DNA of 64,000 bases from Betaproteobacteria bacterium (lineage in GTDB: Bacteria; Pseudomonadota; Gammaproteobacteria; Burkholderiales; SG8-39). The notes beneath the pieces are model-generated. The model ran no database searches, was not told the origin of the DNA, and saw nothing but the letters and a program-made list of their open reading frames with translations. The position numbers and the translations under genes are program-made. The stretch is taken from assembly GCA_052386675.1 (NCBI GenBank), contig JBQTJX010000019.1:81498-145497 (forward strand). The letters are read 5' to 3'. Shown here piece after piece: positions 45,610-55,039 of this stretch (its first letter is position 1; every line of letters starts with the position of its first letter).

Positions 45610-46797
45610 GTGCACGCTCCCATTCTGAAGACGTTCGCGGCGGCAGTGGCCGCGTCGCTGTTCGCCGCCGCTCCCGCGCTCGCGCAGCAGAAGGTCAAGA
45701 TCGGCTTCATCACCACGCTGTCCGGCCCGCAGGGCGTGATCGGCAACGACATGCGCAACTCCGTGGAACTGGCGCTGGACCACCTCGGCCGCAAGGTTGG
45801 CGGTCTGCCCGTCGAAGTGATCTACGGCGATGACCAGGTCAAGCCCGACGTGGGCAAGCAGGTGGCCGACGAAATGCTCAAGAAGCACCAGGTCAATTTC
45901 GTCTCCGGCGTCATCTGGTCGAACGTGATGCTCGCGGTGGCCCCCACGGTGACCTCTGCCGGCACGTTCATGATCGGCACCAACGCCGGCCCCAACCAGC
46001 TCGCGGGCAAGGACTGCAACGAGCTGTACTTCACCACCTCCTGGCAGAACGACCAGACTCCGGAGGCGATGGGCAAGTACATGCAGGATGCCGGCCTGAA
46101 CGACGTCTACCTCATGGCGCCGAACTATGCCGCCGGCAAGGACATGATCAACGGCTTCAAGCGCTACTTCAAGGGCCGGGTCGTGGACGAGGTCTATACG
46201 CGCCTGGGCCAGACCGACTACCAGGCCGAGCTGTCGCAGATGCGTTCCAAGAACCCGAAGGCAGTGTTCGTGTTCTACCCCGGCGGCATGGGGATCTCGT
46301 TCCTGCGCCAGTACTCCGAGGCCGGCCTGCGCGGCCAGTTCCCGCTGTACTCGGTGTACACCGTGGACGAGCTGTCCATCCCCGCGGTCAAGCATGCGGC
46401 GCTGGGCCAGCTCGAGACGCGCTACTGGAGCCCGGACCTGAAGAATCCGGCCAACCAGAAGTTCGTCGCCGACTACGGCAAGAAGTACGGCGGCAAGCTG
46501 CCCTCGTTCTACGGCGCCCAGAGCTACGACGGCATCATGCTGATCGACTCCGCGGTCAAGGCGGTGAAGGGCAACCTCGCCGACAAGAAGGGCATGATCG
46601 CGGCGATGCGCAAGGCCGACTTCGCCTCCACGCGCGGCAAGTTCACCTACAACAACAACCACCACCCGATCCAGAACTTCTACCTGCTGAAGGCGGTGGC
46701 GGGACCGGGCGGCAAGGATCCGGTGATGGAGATCCAGAAGACGGTGTTCGCCAACCACAAGGATTCCTTCTACAAGGAATGCCCGATGAAGTGGTAG
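45610..46797 (+). CDS. branched-chain amino acid-type ABC substrate-binding protein (LivK-like)
   Basis: 395 aa with a signal peptide and KVKIGFITTLSGPQG (Peripla_BP_6). GTG start with SD AAGGAGG. Confidence 0.85.
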   Translation: MHAPILKTFAAAVAASLFAAAPALAQQKVKIGFITTLSGPQGVIGNDMRNSVELALDHLGRKVGGLPVEVIYGDDQVKPDVGKQVADEMLKKHQVNFVSGVIWSNVMLAVAPTVTSAGTFMIGTNAGPNQLAGKDCNELYFTTSWQNDQTPEAMGKYMQDAGLNDVYLMAPNYAAGKDMINGFKRYFKGRVVDEVYTRLGQTDYQAELSQMRSKNPKAVFVFYPGGMGISFLRQYSEAGLRGQFPLYSVYTVDELSIPAVKHAALGQLETRYWSPDLKNPANQKFVADYGKKYGGKLPSFYGAQSYDGIMLIDSAVKAVKGNLADKKGMIAAMRKADFASTRGKFTYNNNHHPIQNFYLLKAVAGPGGKDPVMEIQKTVFANHKDSFYKECPMKW

Positions 46798-46819
46798 GGC
46801 AGGGACGCCGGGACTGACG

Positions 46820-46849
46820 GGGGCGCGGGCGACCGCGCCCCGTTTTTTT
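46820..46849 (+). terminator. intrinsic terminator/attenuator between the binding-protein and permease genes
   Basis: Stem GGGGCGCGG / CCGCGCCCC, loop GCGA, then G + T7. It ends 1 nt before the permease ATG. Confidence 0.6.
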
Positions 46850-46850
46850 C

Positions 46851-47765
46851 ATGATCCTCTACTTCGAACAGATCCTGAACGGCCTCCAGCTGGGGGTGAT
46901 GCTGTTCCTGATGGCCGCCGGGCTGACGCTGGTGTTCGGCATCATGAACCTGGTGAACCTGGCGCACGGCGCGCTGTACATGGTGGGCGCGTACCTGGCG
47001 ACATACTTCTTCCAGGCCACCGGCTCGTTCGTGCTCGGGGTGGCGCTCGCGCTGGCCGGTACCCTGGTCGTCGGCGTCGTGACCGAGCTGGTGGCGCTGA
47101 GGACGCTGTACGAGCGCGACCACCTCGACCAGGTGCTGGCCACCTTCGGCCTGATCCTGATCTTCAACGAACTGGTGGCACTGGTCTGGGGACGGGCGGC
47201 GATCTACAGCACGCTGCCGGAGTACCTGCAGGGCCATGTCGAGATCGTGGCCGGGCTGCGCTATCCCCTGTACCGGCTCCTGATCATCATCGTCGGCCTC
47301 GCGGTCGCGGCGGGGCTCTGGTATGTCGTGGTGCGCACGCGCCTGGGCATGCTGATCCGCGCCGGCGCGTCCAACCGCACCATGGTGGCCGCCCTGGGCG
47401 TCAACATCCGCCTGCTCTACACGATGGTGTTCGGCTTCGGCGCCGCGCTGGCGGGGCTGGCCGGCATCATGGCCGGGCCGATCTACGCGGTGCAGCCGGG
47501 CATGGGCGAGCTGGTGCTGATCCAGGTGTTCGTGGTGATCGTCATCGGCGGCATCGGCTCCATCCGCGGCGCGCTCGCCGGCGCGGTGATCGTGGGCGTG
47601 GTGGATACGCTGGGCCGGGCGTTCCTGAAGCCTGTGCTGGCCACGGTCTGGTCGCCGGTGGTGGCCGACAGCGCCGGCCCGGCGCTCGCCTCGATGCTGA
47701 TCTACCTCCTCATGGCGGTGGTGCTGGCGCTGCGCCCCGAGGGACTGTTCCCGTCGCGCTCATGA
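46851..47765 (+). CDS. branched-chain amino acid ABC permease (LivH-like)
   Basis: 304 aa multi-TM protein with N-terminus FEQILNGLQLGVMLFLMAAGLTLVFG typical of LivH. Confidence 0.85.
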   Translation: MILYFEQILNGLQLGVMLFLMAAGLTLVFGIMNLVNLAHGALYMVGAYLATYFFQATGSFVLGVALALAGTLVVGVVTELVALRTLYERDHLDQVLATFGLILIFNELVALVWGRAAIYSTLPEYLQGHVEIVAGLRYPLYRLLIIIVGLAVAAGLWYVVVRTRLGMLIRAGASNRTMVAALGVNIRLLYTMVFGFGAALAGLAGIMAGPIYAVQPGMGELVLIQVFVVIVIGGIGSIRGALAGAVIVGVVDTLGRAFLKPVLATVWSPVVADSAGPALASMLIYLLMAVVLALRPEGLFPSRS

Positions 47766-48733
47766 GACCCTCGGCCCGCACCGTGGCGTTGTTGGCCGTG
47801 CTCGCCCTGCTGGCGGCGGTGCCGACGCTTGCCGCCGCCTTCAACCAGCCGTTCTACCTGGACCTGTTCCGCCGCATCATGATTTTCGCCATCGCGGCGG
47901 CCTCCCTCAATCTGATCCTCGGCTATGGCGGTATGGTGTCCTTCGGCCACGCCGCCTACCTCGGCATTGGCGCCTACGCCGTGGGCGTCCTGGCCCATCA
48001 CGGCTTCCACAGCGGCTTCCTGCAATGGGGCGTGGCCATCGGGGCCTCGGCGCTGGTGGCGCTGGTGATCGGCGCGGTCTCCATCCGCACCAGCGGCATC
48101 TACTTCATCATGATCACGCTCGCCTTCACCCAGATGCTGTACTACCTGGGCATCTCGATCGAGGAGTACGGCGGCGACGACGGCATGCGGGTGGCGAAGC
48201 TCTCCCAGTTCGGCGGGCTGGTCGAGCTCTCCGACCCCGCGACCTTCTACTATGTGGTGCTGGCACTGCTGGCGCTGGTGCTGCTGCTGGTGCAACGGCT
48301 GGTCGACTCGCGCTTCGGCATGGTGATCCGCGCCGCGAAGTCCAACGAGGCGCGCTCCCGTGCCATCGGCTTCTCGCCTTACGCGTACCGCCTTGCAGCC
48401 TTCGTCATCGCAGGGGCGATCTGCGGCCTGGCGGGCGCGCTGCTGGTCAACCAGACGGCCTACCTGACCCCGGAATTCATGAACTGGACGCGCTCCGGGG
48501 AACTGATGTTCATGGTGATCCTGGGCGGCATCGGGACCATCGCGGGGCCGCTGTTCGGCGCCGCTGCGCTGCTGCTGCTCGAGGACCTGTTGCAGGGCTG
48601 GAGCGTGCTGCCGAAATGGGTGCACGAGTACTGGCAGCTGTACCTGGGCATCATCCTCGTGCTGGTGGTGCTGTTTGCCAAGCGCGGGCTGGCCGGGCTG
48701 CTGCCGGGCGGGAAGGACGGGCGCGATGGCTGA
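47762..48733 (+). CDS. branched-chain amino acid ABC permease (LivM-like)
   Basis: 323 aa multi-TM protein with LNLILGYGGMVSFGHAAY. ATGA overlap with the LivH-like gene. Confidence 0.85.
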   Translation: MRPSARTVALLAVLALLAAVPTLAAAFNQPFYLDLFRRIMIFAIAAASLNLILGYGGMVSFGHAAYLGIGAYAVGVLAHHGFHSGFLQWGVAIGASALVALVIGAVSIRTSGIYFIMITLAFTQMLYYLGISIEEYGGDDGMRVAKLSQFGGLVELSDPATFYYVVLALLALVLLLVQRLVDSRFGMVIRAAKSNEARSRAIGFSPYAYRLAAFVIAGAICGLAGALLVNQTAYLTPEFMNWTRSGELMFMVILGGIGTIAGPLFGAAALLLLEDLLQGWSVLPKWVHEYWQLYLGIILVLVVLFAKRGLAGLLPGGKDGRDG

Positions 48734-49499
48734 GGCGCTGCCTGGCGTTCTCCTCCAGGTCGAAGGGCTGCGCAAATCCTTTGGCGCGCTCGCCGCCACC
48801 GACGGCGTGGACCTGGCGGTGCGCGAGGGCGAGACGCACGCCATCATCGGGCCCAACGGTGCCGGCAAGACCACCTTCATCAGCCAGCTCTCGGGGATGC
48901 TGCGCCCCGACGAGGGCCGCATCCGTTTCGCCGGAGAGGACATCACGGCGCTGCCGGCGCCCGAGCGCTCGCTCAGGGGCCTGGCGCGCTCGTTCCAGAT
49001 CACGAGCATCTACCGCGAGTTCACCGCGCTGGACAACGTCGCGCTGGCGGTGCAGGCGCACGCAGGACACAGCTTCCGGTTCTGGCGCCCGGCGCGCGCG
49101 GATTCCACTTTGCGCGATCCGGCGCGCGCCGTGCTCGAGGAAGTCGGACTGGGCGCGCGCGCGGACATCGTCGCCGCCAATCTCGCGCATGGCGAGCAGC
49201 GGCAGTTGGAGATCGCCATGGCGCTTGCGACCGGCCCGCGCCTGCTGCTGCTGGACGAGCCGGTGGCCGGGATGGGCACCGACGAATCGCTGCGCATGGT
49301 GGAGTTCCTCGCCACGCTGAAGGATGAAAAGCGGGGCCGCAAGACCATGGTCCTGGTCGAGCACGACATGGACGCGGTGTTCACGCTGGCCGACCGCATC
49401 TCGGTGCTGGTCTATGGGCGCATCGTCGCCACCGGCACGCCGGAGGAAATCCGCGCCAATCCCGAAGTTCGCGCCGCCTACCTCGGGGAGGAAATCTGA
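48726..49499 (+). CDS. ABC ATP-binding protein (LivG-like)
   Basis: Walker A GPNGAGKTT, signature LAHGEQRQLEI, Walker B LLLLDEPVAGM. Confidence 0.9.
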   Translation: MAEALPGVLLQVEGLRKSFGALAATDGVDLAVREGETHAIIGPNGAGKTTFISQLSGMLRPDEGRIRFAGEDITALPAPERSLRGLARSFQITSIYREFTALDNVALAVQAHAGHSFRFWRPARADSTLRDPARAVLEEVGLGARADIVAANLAHGEQRQLEIAMALATGPRLLLLDEPVAGMGTDESLRMVEFLATLKDEKRGRKTMVLVEHDMDAVFTLADRISVLVYGRIVATGTPEEIRANPEVRAAYLGEEI

Positions 49500-50200
49500 T
49501 GCTCGCCGTAGAGGGCCTCGAGACGAGCTACGGCCTGTCGCAGGTGCTGTTCGGCGTCAGCCTGCGTGTCGAGGCGGGCGAGGTGGTGACGCTGCTGGGG
49601 CGCAACGGCATGGGCAAGACCACCACCGTGAGCAGCCTCATGGGAATCGTGCCGGCGCGATCGGGCAGCATCCAGTTCGACGGCAGGGCGATGCGCGGGC
49701 TGGCGTCCTACCGCGTGGCGCAATCGGGGCTGGGACTGGTGCCGGAGGGGCGGCAAATCTTCCCCAACCTTACCGTGCGCGAGAACCTGGTCGCGACCGC
49801 GGCGAACAGGACCGGGCGCGCGGCGCCCTGGACGCTGGAGCGGGTGTACGCGCTGTTCCCGAACCTGCAGGCGCGCGCGACCAACTATGGCAACCAGCTC
49901 TCCGGAGGCGAGCAGCAGATGCTCGCCATCGGCCGCGCGCTCATGACCAATCCGAAGCTGCTCATCCTGGACGAGGCCACCGAAGGCCTGGCGCCGCTGA
50001 TCCGCATCGACATCTACCGCTCCATCGCGGCGCTGAAGGCCGAGGGCCTGTCCATCCTGGTGATCGACAAGGACGTCAAGGCGCTGACCCGCGTCGCCGA
50101 CCGGCACTACGTACTGGAAAAGGGGCGGGTGGTCTGGAACGGCACTTCCGCCGAACTCGTGGCGCAGGAAGACGTCCAGCACCGCTACCTGGGTGTGTAG
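49499..50200 (+). CDS. ABC ATP-binding protein (LivF-like)
   Basis: Walker A GRNGMGKTT, signature LSGGEQQML, Walker B LLILDEATEGL. 1-nt overlap with the LivG-like stop. Confidence 0.9.
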   Translation: MLAVEGLETSYGLSQVLFGVSLRVEAGEVVTLLGRNGMGKTTTVSSLMGIVPARSGSIQFDGRAMRGLASYRVAQSGLGLVPEGRQIFPNLTVRENLVATAANRTGRAAPWTLERVYALFPNLQARATNYGNQLSGGEQQMLAIGRALMTNPKLLILDEATEGLAPLIRIDIYRSIAALKAEGLSILVIDKDVKALTRVADRHYVLEKGRVVWNGTSAELVAQEDVQHRYLGV

Positions 50201-50216
50201 CCGGGGGTAATCGGGA

Positions 50217-50273
50217 AAATCAGGGACGGACCACGTTTTCCCGCACCTGGAAAACGTGGTCCGTCCCTGATTT
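50217..50273. terminator. 25-bp perfect-stem hairpin between convergent genes (bidirectional terminator / repeat element)
   Basis: AAATCAGGGACGGACCACGTTTTCC, loop cgcacct, then GGAAAACGTGGTCCGTCCCTGATTT. The last nucleotide overlaps the GS-like stop codon. Confidence 0.7.
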
Positions 50274-51661
50274 CAGTAGAGTTCGAAGTACTCGCGCTGC
50301 TCCCAGTCGGTGACTTCCTGGTTGAAGCGCGCGAGTTCGGCTTCCTTGATGCGGCAGTAGTAGTCCACAAAGGTCGCGCCCAGGCCTTCCTTCAGGGCGG
50401 CATCCGCGCGCAGCGCGTCGAGCGCGTCCGCGAGCGAGGCGGGAAGCGCCTTGCCGCGCTTGTCGTAGGGCGTCTCGGCCGCGGGGCCGGGATCCAGCCT
50501 GCGCTTCACCCCGTCCATGCCGGACACGATCTGCGAAGCGAAATACAGGTACGGGTTGGCCGCGGGCTCGCCGATGCGGTTCTCGATGCGCGAAGCCGGG
50601 TCGCCCGGCCCGCCCAGCACGCGGATCATGACCCCGCGGTTGTCCCTGCCCCAGAGGATGCTGTCCGGGGCGAGTGCGTAGGGTCGATAGCGCTTGTAGC
50701 CGTTGATGGTCGGGGTGGAGAACACGGCGCTTGCGCGTGCGTGCTCGATCAGCCCGCCCAGGAAGTTCATGCCGAGCGGCGACAGGATTTCGCCCGCGCC
50801 GGGCATGAAGGCGTTGGCGCCGTCCTTCGCGCGCAGGGACTGGTGCAGGTGCCAGCCGCTGGACATCAGGTTCGGCAGCTTGGGGCGGCACATGAACGTG
50901 GCGTGGTAGCCGTGGCGGCGCAGGATCTGCTTGGTGGCGCTGCGGAACAGCACCATGGCGTCGGCGGCGGCAAGACCATCCATGGCGCCCAGCGTCACTT
51001 CGACCTGGCTCGGGCCGTATTCCATCTCATAGGAGCGCAGCGGCAGGCCCAGGCCGGCGAGGTTGGCGCGCAGGATCTCGAGCGCCGCTTCCATCTGGTC
51101 GTAGCGCAGCTCGGAGAGCAGGTGGTAGCCGTTGGCGAGCAGCGCCACCTCCGGTGGTGTGCCAGGCTGGCCGGCGTCCTCCGGACGCAGGCGCGGATCG
51201 AGCAGGCGGAAGATGTGGAACTCGATCTCCAGCCCGGCGATCAATCCGTAGCCGGCCCGCTTCAGCTCCTCCAGGGACCGGCGCAACAAACCGCGCGTGT
51301 CGAAGGGCACCGGCTTGCCGTTGGGGAAGCGCAGGTCGCACAGCACCCAGCCGGTCGCCGGCGCCCAGGGCAATATCTTGAAGGTCTGCGGATCGGCGAC
51401 CATGACCGCGTCCGCGGCGCCCTGCAGCTCGGGGATGCCGAAGCCGGCGCCAGCTGAGAACACCGGGAATACGGTCTTGCCCGAAGTGTCCTTCATGAGC
51501 AGCGAGCTCGGGAAGCCGACCCCGTTCTCGAGCGCGGCGGCAACTTCGGCGGCGGCGATGGCCTTGACGTGCAGCAGGCCATGCTGGTCCGCGAACGCGA
51601 AGCGCACGGTCTCGAGGCCGCGCGCGGCAACCTCCTCCAGGAGTTCCTTGTGGCTGTTCAC
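50273..51661 (-). CDS. glutamine synthetase family protein (gamma-glutamyl-amine ligase-like)
   Basis: 462 aa with a Gln-synt_C pattern (GLEIEFHIF, EYGPSQVEV, NGYKRY, RIENRIGEPAANPY). GTG start 6 nt after the Rieske gene stop. Confidence 0.8.
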   Translation of the reverse strand: MNSHKELLEEVAARGLETVRFAFADQHGLLHVKAIAAAEVAAALENGVGFPSSLLMKDTSGKTVFPVFSAGAGFGIPELQGAADAVMVADPQTFKILPWAPATGWVLCDLRFPNGKPVPFDTRGLLRRSLEELKRAGYGLIAGLEIEFHIFRLLDPRLRPEDAGQPGTPPEVALLANGYHLLSELRYDQMEAALEILRANLAGLGLPLRSYEMEYGPSQVEVTLGAMDGLAAADAMVLFRSATKQILRRHGYHATFMCRPKLPNLMSSGWHLHQSLRAKDGANAFMPGAGEILSPLGMNFLGGLIEHARASAVFSTPTINGYKRYRPYALAPDSILWGRDNRGVMIRVLGGPGDPASRIENRIGEPAANPYLYFASQIVSGMDGVKRRLDPGPAAETPYDKRGKALPASLADALDALRADAALKEGLGATFVDYYCRIKEAELARFNQEVTDWEQREYFELY

Positions 51662-51666
51662 GTCGA

Positions 51667-52983
51667 CTACGCGGCCTTCGCGTTCCAGGGCGCGCGCAGC
51701 CTGCGCGCCGCGTCGGCTTCCCTGTAGTAGTCCTCCCAGCGCCCGGTCGGGCCGATGCCGTCCACCGCCGGCGGACCGGTTAGGGACGAGGCCTGCGCGG
51801 CGTCGAGCATCATCATGGTCTTCTCGCCCTTGCCGGTCTTGTTGATCGCGTCCACCAGCAGGCGCCGATAGAGCACGATGCCCTTGTCGGTGGTGCCGAG
51901 GTTCTCCTTTGTCCGGTCGGAGATCCGGCCCGGCGACTCGCACGCGAACTGGTCGTGGATGTTGATGTCGAAACCCATCCCGGTATAGGTGGCCTTGCGC
52001 TGCTGCTCGGCGTCGAAGCCCCAGCCCGTGTCCCGGTTGTGGATCGGCTTGTAGTCCGGCGCCGGATAGGTCTTCAGGCGCTGCTCGCGCATGGTCTTCT
52101 TGTCCACCGGCGTGGTGAAGCTGGTGAAGATCGAGAACCAGTAGCAGCCATGGTCATCCACCGGCACGTGCCACTGCGTGATGGTCATCTCCGCGTTCAT
52201 CGGGATGACGAAGGCCTGCGGGAACAGGATGTGCGTCGAGCGGCCATGCGTCTTCTGCTCGTCGATCCTGCGCAGCGTGACCAGGCGCATGCCGTAGTCG
52301 GTCTTCGCCACCGTGATCTCCGGACGGTCGTACTCGCGCAGCACCTTGGTGATCGGCAGGTCGGAATCGGAGGGCTTGCCTCGGAACTGCTTGCCGTAGC
52401 TGGCCGCGGTGTCTTCGTCCTCGAAGTAGCGGTGCAGGAACGAGGCGTGGGCAGGATCGATTCCCACCTCCAGGGCCTGCAGCCAGTTGCAGTCCCAGTA
52501 GCCCTTGAAGGCGAAGGTGTAGGCGTCCGGCGCGGTGAAGCAGTCGAAGTGCGGGAAGGCGGAAGGCTCGCCCGCGCCCAGCCACGCGAACAGGATGCCG
52601 CTGCGCTCGAGCACCGGGTAGGCGCGCTGCCTGATGTGCTCGCACATCCGGCTGCCCTGCGGCTCGCCGGGCGTCTCCAGGCATTTTCCCTGCACGTCGA
52701 ACAGCCAGCCGTGGAAGGCGCAGCGCAGGCCGCCATCCTCCCAGCGTCCGTAGGCAAGGTCCGCGCCCCGGTGCGGGCAATTCCGGTCCAGCATGCCGTA
52801 GCGGCCCTTGTCGTCCCTGAACAGGACGAAGTGTTCACCCATCAGGGTGCGCGGCAGCACCGGCCGTGGTCCCTGCAGCTCGTCCACCAGCGCCACCGGC
52901 TGCCAGTAGTTGCGCAACAGCTTGCCGGCGGGCGTGCCCGGGCCGACCCGCGTCATGAGTTCGTTCTGTTCAGCGCTGATCAT
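51667..52983 (-). CDS. Rieske [2Fe-2S] non-heme-iron oxygenase, alpha-only (phthalate-family-like)
   Basis: Rieske motif CPHRGADLAYGRWEDGGLRCAFHGW and mononuclear-iron motif EVGIDPAHASFLH. 438 aa. Confidence 0.85.
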   Translation of the reverse strand: MISAEQNELMTRVGPGTPAGKLLRNYWQPVALVDELQGPRPVLPRTLMGEHFVLFRDDKGRYGMLDRNCPHRGADLAYGRWEDGGLRCAFHGWLFDVQGKCLETPGEPQGSRMCEHIRQRAYPVLERSGILFAWLGAGEPSAFPHFDCFTAPDAYTFAFKGYWDCNWLQALEVGIDPAHASFLHRYFEDEDTAASYGKQFRGKPSDSDLPITKVLREYDRPEITVAKTDYGMRLVTLRRIDEQKTHGRSTHILFPQAFVIPMNAEMTITQWHVPVDDHGCYWFSIFTSFTTPVDKKTMREQRLKTYPAPDYKPIHNRDTGWGFDAEQQRKATYTGMGFDINIHDQFACESPGRISDRTKENLGTTDKGIVLYRRLLVDAINKTGKGEKTMMMLDAAQASSLTGPPAVDGIGPTGRWEDYYREADAARRLRAPWNAKAA

Positions 52984-53057
52984 GGCGACCTCGAAACAGT
53001 GGTGGCGACGACATGGGAGACTTGCGGATAATTATAGGCAGCCAAGGAGCCCGATCC

Positions 53058-54005
53058 ATGAAAATCACCAATCTGCTTTGCCTGGTCGCCGTCCTCGGCG
53101 CCCCGCTGGTCCATGCGCAGACTTTTCCGTCCAAGCCGATCCGCATCGTGGTGCCGTTCCCGCCTGGCGGCAGCACCGACATCATCGGGCGGCGCATCGC
53201 AGAGAAATTCCAGGCCTCCATGGGCCAGCCCGCGCTGGTCGAGAACAAGCCCGGCGCCGGCGGCGCCATTGGCGCGGACCAGGTGGCGAAATCGCCCGCC
53301 GACGGCCACACGCTGCTGATCGGCGTCACCGGATCCAATGCCGTCAGCTATTCGTTGAACCCCAAGCTGCCTTACCAGCCCAAGGACTTCGACCCTGTGT
53401 CGCTCGTGGTTTCCGCACCCCTCACCATCGTGGTGGGCCCTGCGGTGCAGGCGAAGAACCTGAAGGAATTGGCGGCGCTGAACCTTCCGCTCAACCACGG
53501 CACGCCGGGCAACGGCACCTCGATGCACCTCACCGCCGAGATGTTCAACCTCGCCGCGGGCACGAAATTCGTGCACGTGCCCTACAAGGGGACGGCCGGG
53601 GCGCTCAACGACCTCATCGGCGGCCAGATCCAGATGATGTTCGGCGACTTCCTCATCACGCTGCCGCAGGTGAAGGCGGGCAAGATCCGCGCGCTCGCGG
53701 TGACCTCGGCGCAGCGCCATCCGCTCCTGCCGGAGGTGCCGACGGTGGCCGAGTCGGGCTACCCGGGATTCGAGGCGCTGTCCTGGCAAGGCATGTTCGC
53801 GCCCGCGGGCACGCCGCCGGCGGTCCTGGCGAAGCTGAATGCCGAGCTCGTGAAGGCCATCGGCGCGCCGGACATGAAGGAGTACTTCGCCACGCAGGGC
53901 TTCTTCGTCGGCGGCAACTCGCCCGCCGGGTTCCGCGCCTTCATCGACAACGAGATCCCGAAATGGGCGCGGATCGTCAAGGGGGCCAACGTCACGCTGA
54001 ACTAG
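53058..54005 (+). CDS. Bug-family (TctC-like) substrate-binding protein
   Basis: Signal peptide followed by FPSKPIRIVVPFPPGGSTD. SD AAGGAG precedes ATG 53058. Confidence 0.85.
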   Translation: MKITNLLCLVAVLGAPLVHAQTFPSKPIRIVVPFPPGGSTDIIGRRIAEKFQASMGQPALVENKPGAGGAIGADQVAKSPADGHTLLIGVTGSNAVSYSLNPKLPYQPKDFDPVSLVVSAPLTIVVGPAVQAKNLKELAALNLPLNHGTPGNGTSMHLTAEMFNLAAGTKFVHVPYKGTAGALNDLIGGQIQMMFGDFLITLPQVKAGKIRALAVTSAQRHPLLPEVPTVAESGYPGFEALSWQGMFAPAGTPPAVLAKLNAELVKAIGAPDMKEYFATQGFFVGGNSPAGFRAFIDNEIPKWARIVKGANVTLN

Positions 54006-54751
54006 AGGAACTCCGCCATCAGCGCGGCGACGTGTTCGGGGCACTCGATCAGCAGCGCGTGGCGCATGCCGGCGAGGATCTCCAGCCGCGAGCCGGCGAT
54101 GCGCTCGTGCATCAACCTCGCCATGCGCGCCGTGGCGGCGGTGTCGAATTCCCCGGCCACGACCAGCGTGGGTGCGCGGATCTCGCCCAGGCGCTCGATG
54201 AAGTCGCCCTTCGCGAACACCGCGAAGGCGTGCAGGTAGGACACCGGGTCGCAGGCCATGAACTGGCGCACGCGCGCCTCCACCGCCTCCGGGTGGTCGC
54301 GGCGGAACGCCTCGCCGAACCAGAATTCGCGGTTGCCGGCGGCGATGGTGGCGAGGCCCTTGTCGCGCACCACCTCGATGCGGGCAGCGGAGCGCGCCCG
54401 CTCCTCCGTCGTTCGGCCGGCGACCGTGGCGACCAGCGCGAGCTTCCTGACCCGATCGGGTGAATCGAGCGCAATGGCCTGCGCGATCAACCCGCCAAGC
54501 GAAAAACCCGCCATCGAGGCAGAGCGCACGCCAAGCGAGTCCATGACCTCGGTGACGTCGCGCGCAAGATCCTGCACGGTGCAGGGCGCGCTGATGAGGC
54601 CGGAGCGGCCATGCCCGCGCAGGTCCACGCGGATGGTCCGGAAGCGCGGCGGCAGCGCCGCCGCCACGCCGTCCCACATGTCGCCAGCGCCACCCACGCC
54701 GTGCACCAGCACGAGCGGCTCGCCCTCGCCGTCGACCTGGTACGCGATCAC
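54002..54751 (-). CDS. alpha/beta hydrolase (3-oxoadipate enol-lactonase-like)
   Basis: 249 aa with HGVGG and nucleophile elbow GFSLGG. The GTG start overlaps the upstream stop (GTGA). Confidence 0.8.
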   Translation of the reverse strand: MIAYQVDGEGEPLVLVHGVGGAGDMWDGVAAALPPRFRTIRVDLRGHGRSGLISAPCTVQDLARDVTEVMDSLGVRSASMAGFSLGGLIAQAIALDSPDRVRKLALVATVAGRTTEERARSAARIEVVRDKGLATIAAGNREFWFGEAFRRDHPEAVEARVRQFMACDPVSYLHAFAVFAKGDFIERLGEIRAPTLVVAGEFDTAATARMARLMHERIAGSRLEILAGMRHALLIECPEHVAALMAEFL

Positions 54752-54999
54752 CCGGCCAGCGCCTGCTTGAGCGCGGCGACTTCCGTGCTTGCCGAAGGCT
54801 TCGCCGGGAAGGCCCGTTTTGCCTCCCTGTACCAGTAGCGCGCGTTCGGCAGGTCCCCCTCGAGGATATGGACGATGCCGTGCGCCCAACACGAGAGCGC
54901 GGAATCCTCGTCGCGCTGGACGATTTCGTGCGCCGACTTCCAGTCCCCGCGCTCCAGGTGCGTGAGCGCGTCGGCAAGCTCGGTGGTCGAAAGCGGCAT
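54748..54999 (-). CDS. small conserved hypothetical protein
   Basis: 83 aa helical ORF (MPLSTTELADALTHLERGDWKSAHEIVQ...), translationally coupled to the hydrolase. Confidence 0.5.
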   Translation of the reverse strand: MPLSTTELADALTHLERGDWKSAHEIVQRDEDSALSCWAHGIVHILEGDLPNARYWYREAKRAFPAKPSASTEVAALKQALAG

Positions 55000-55039
55000 C
55001 GAATAGAATCCCCTGCGGAAAATAACACGGGATCGCTGC

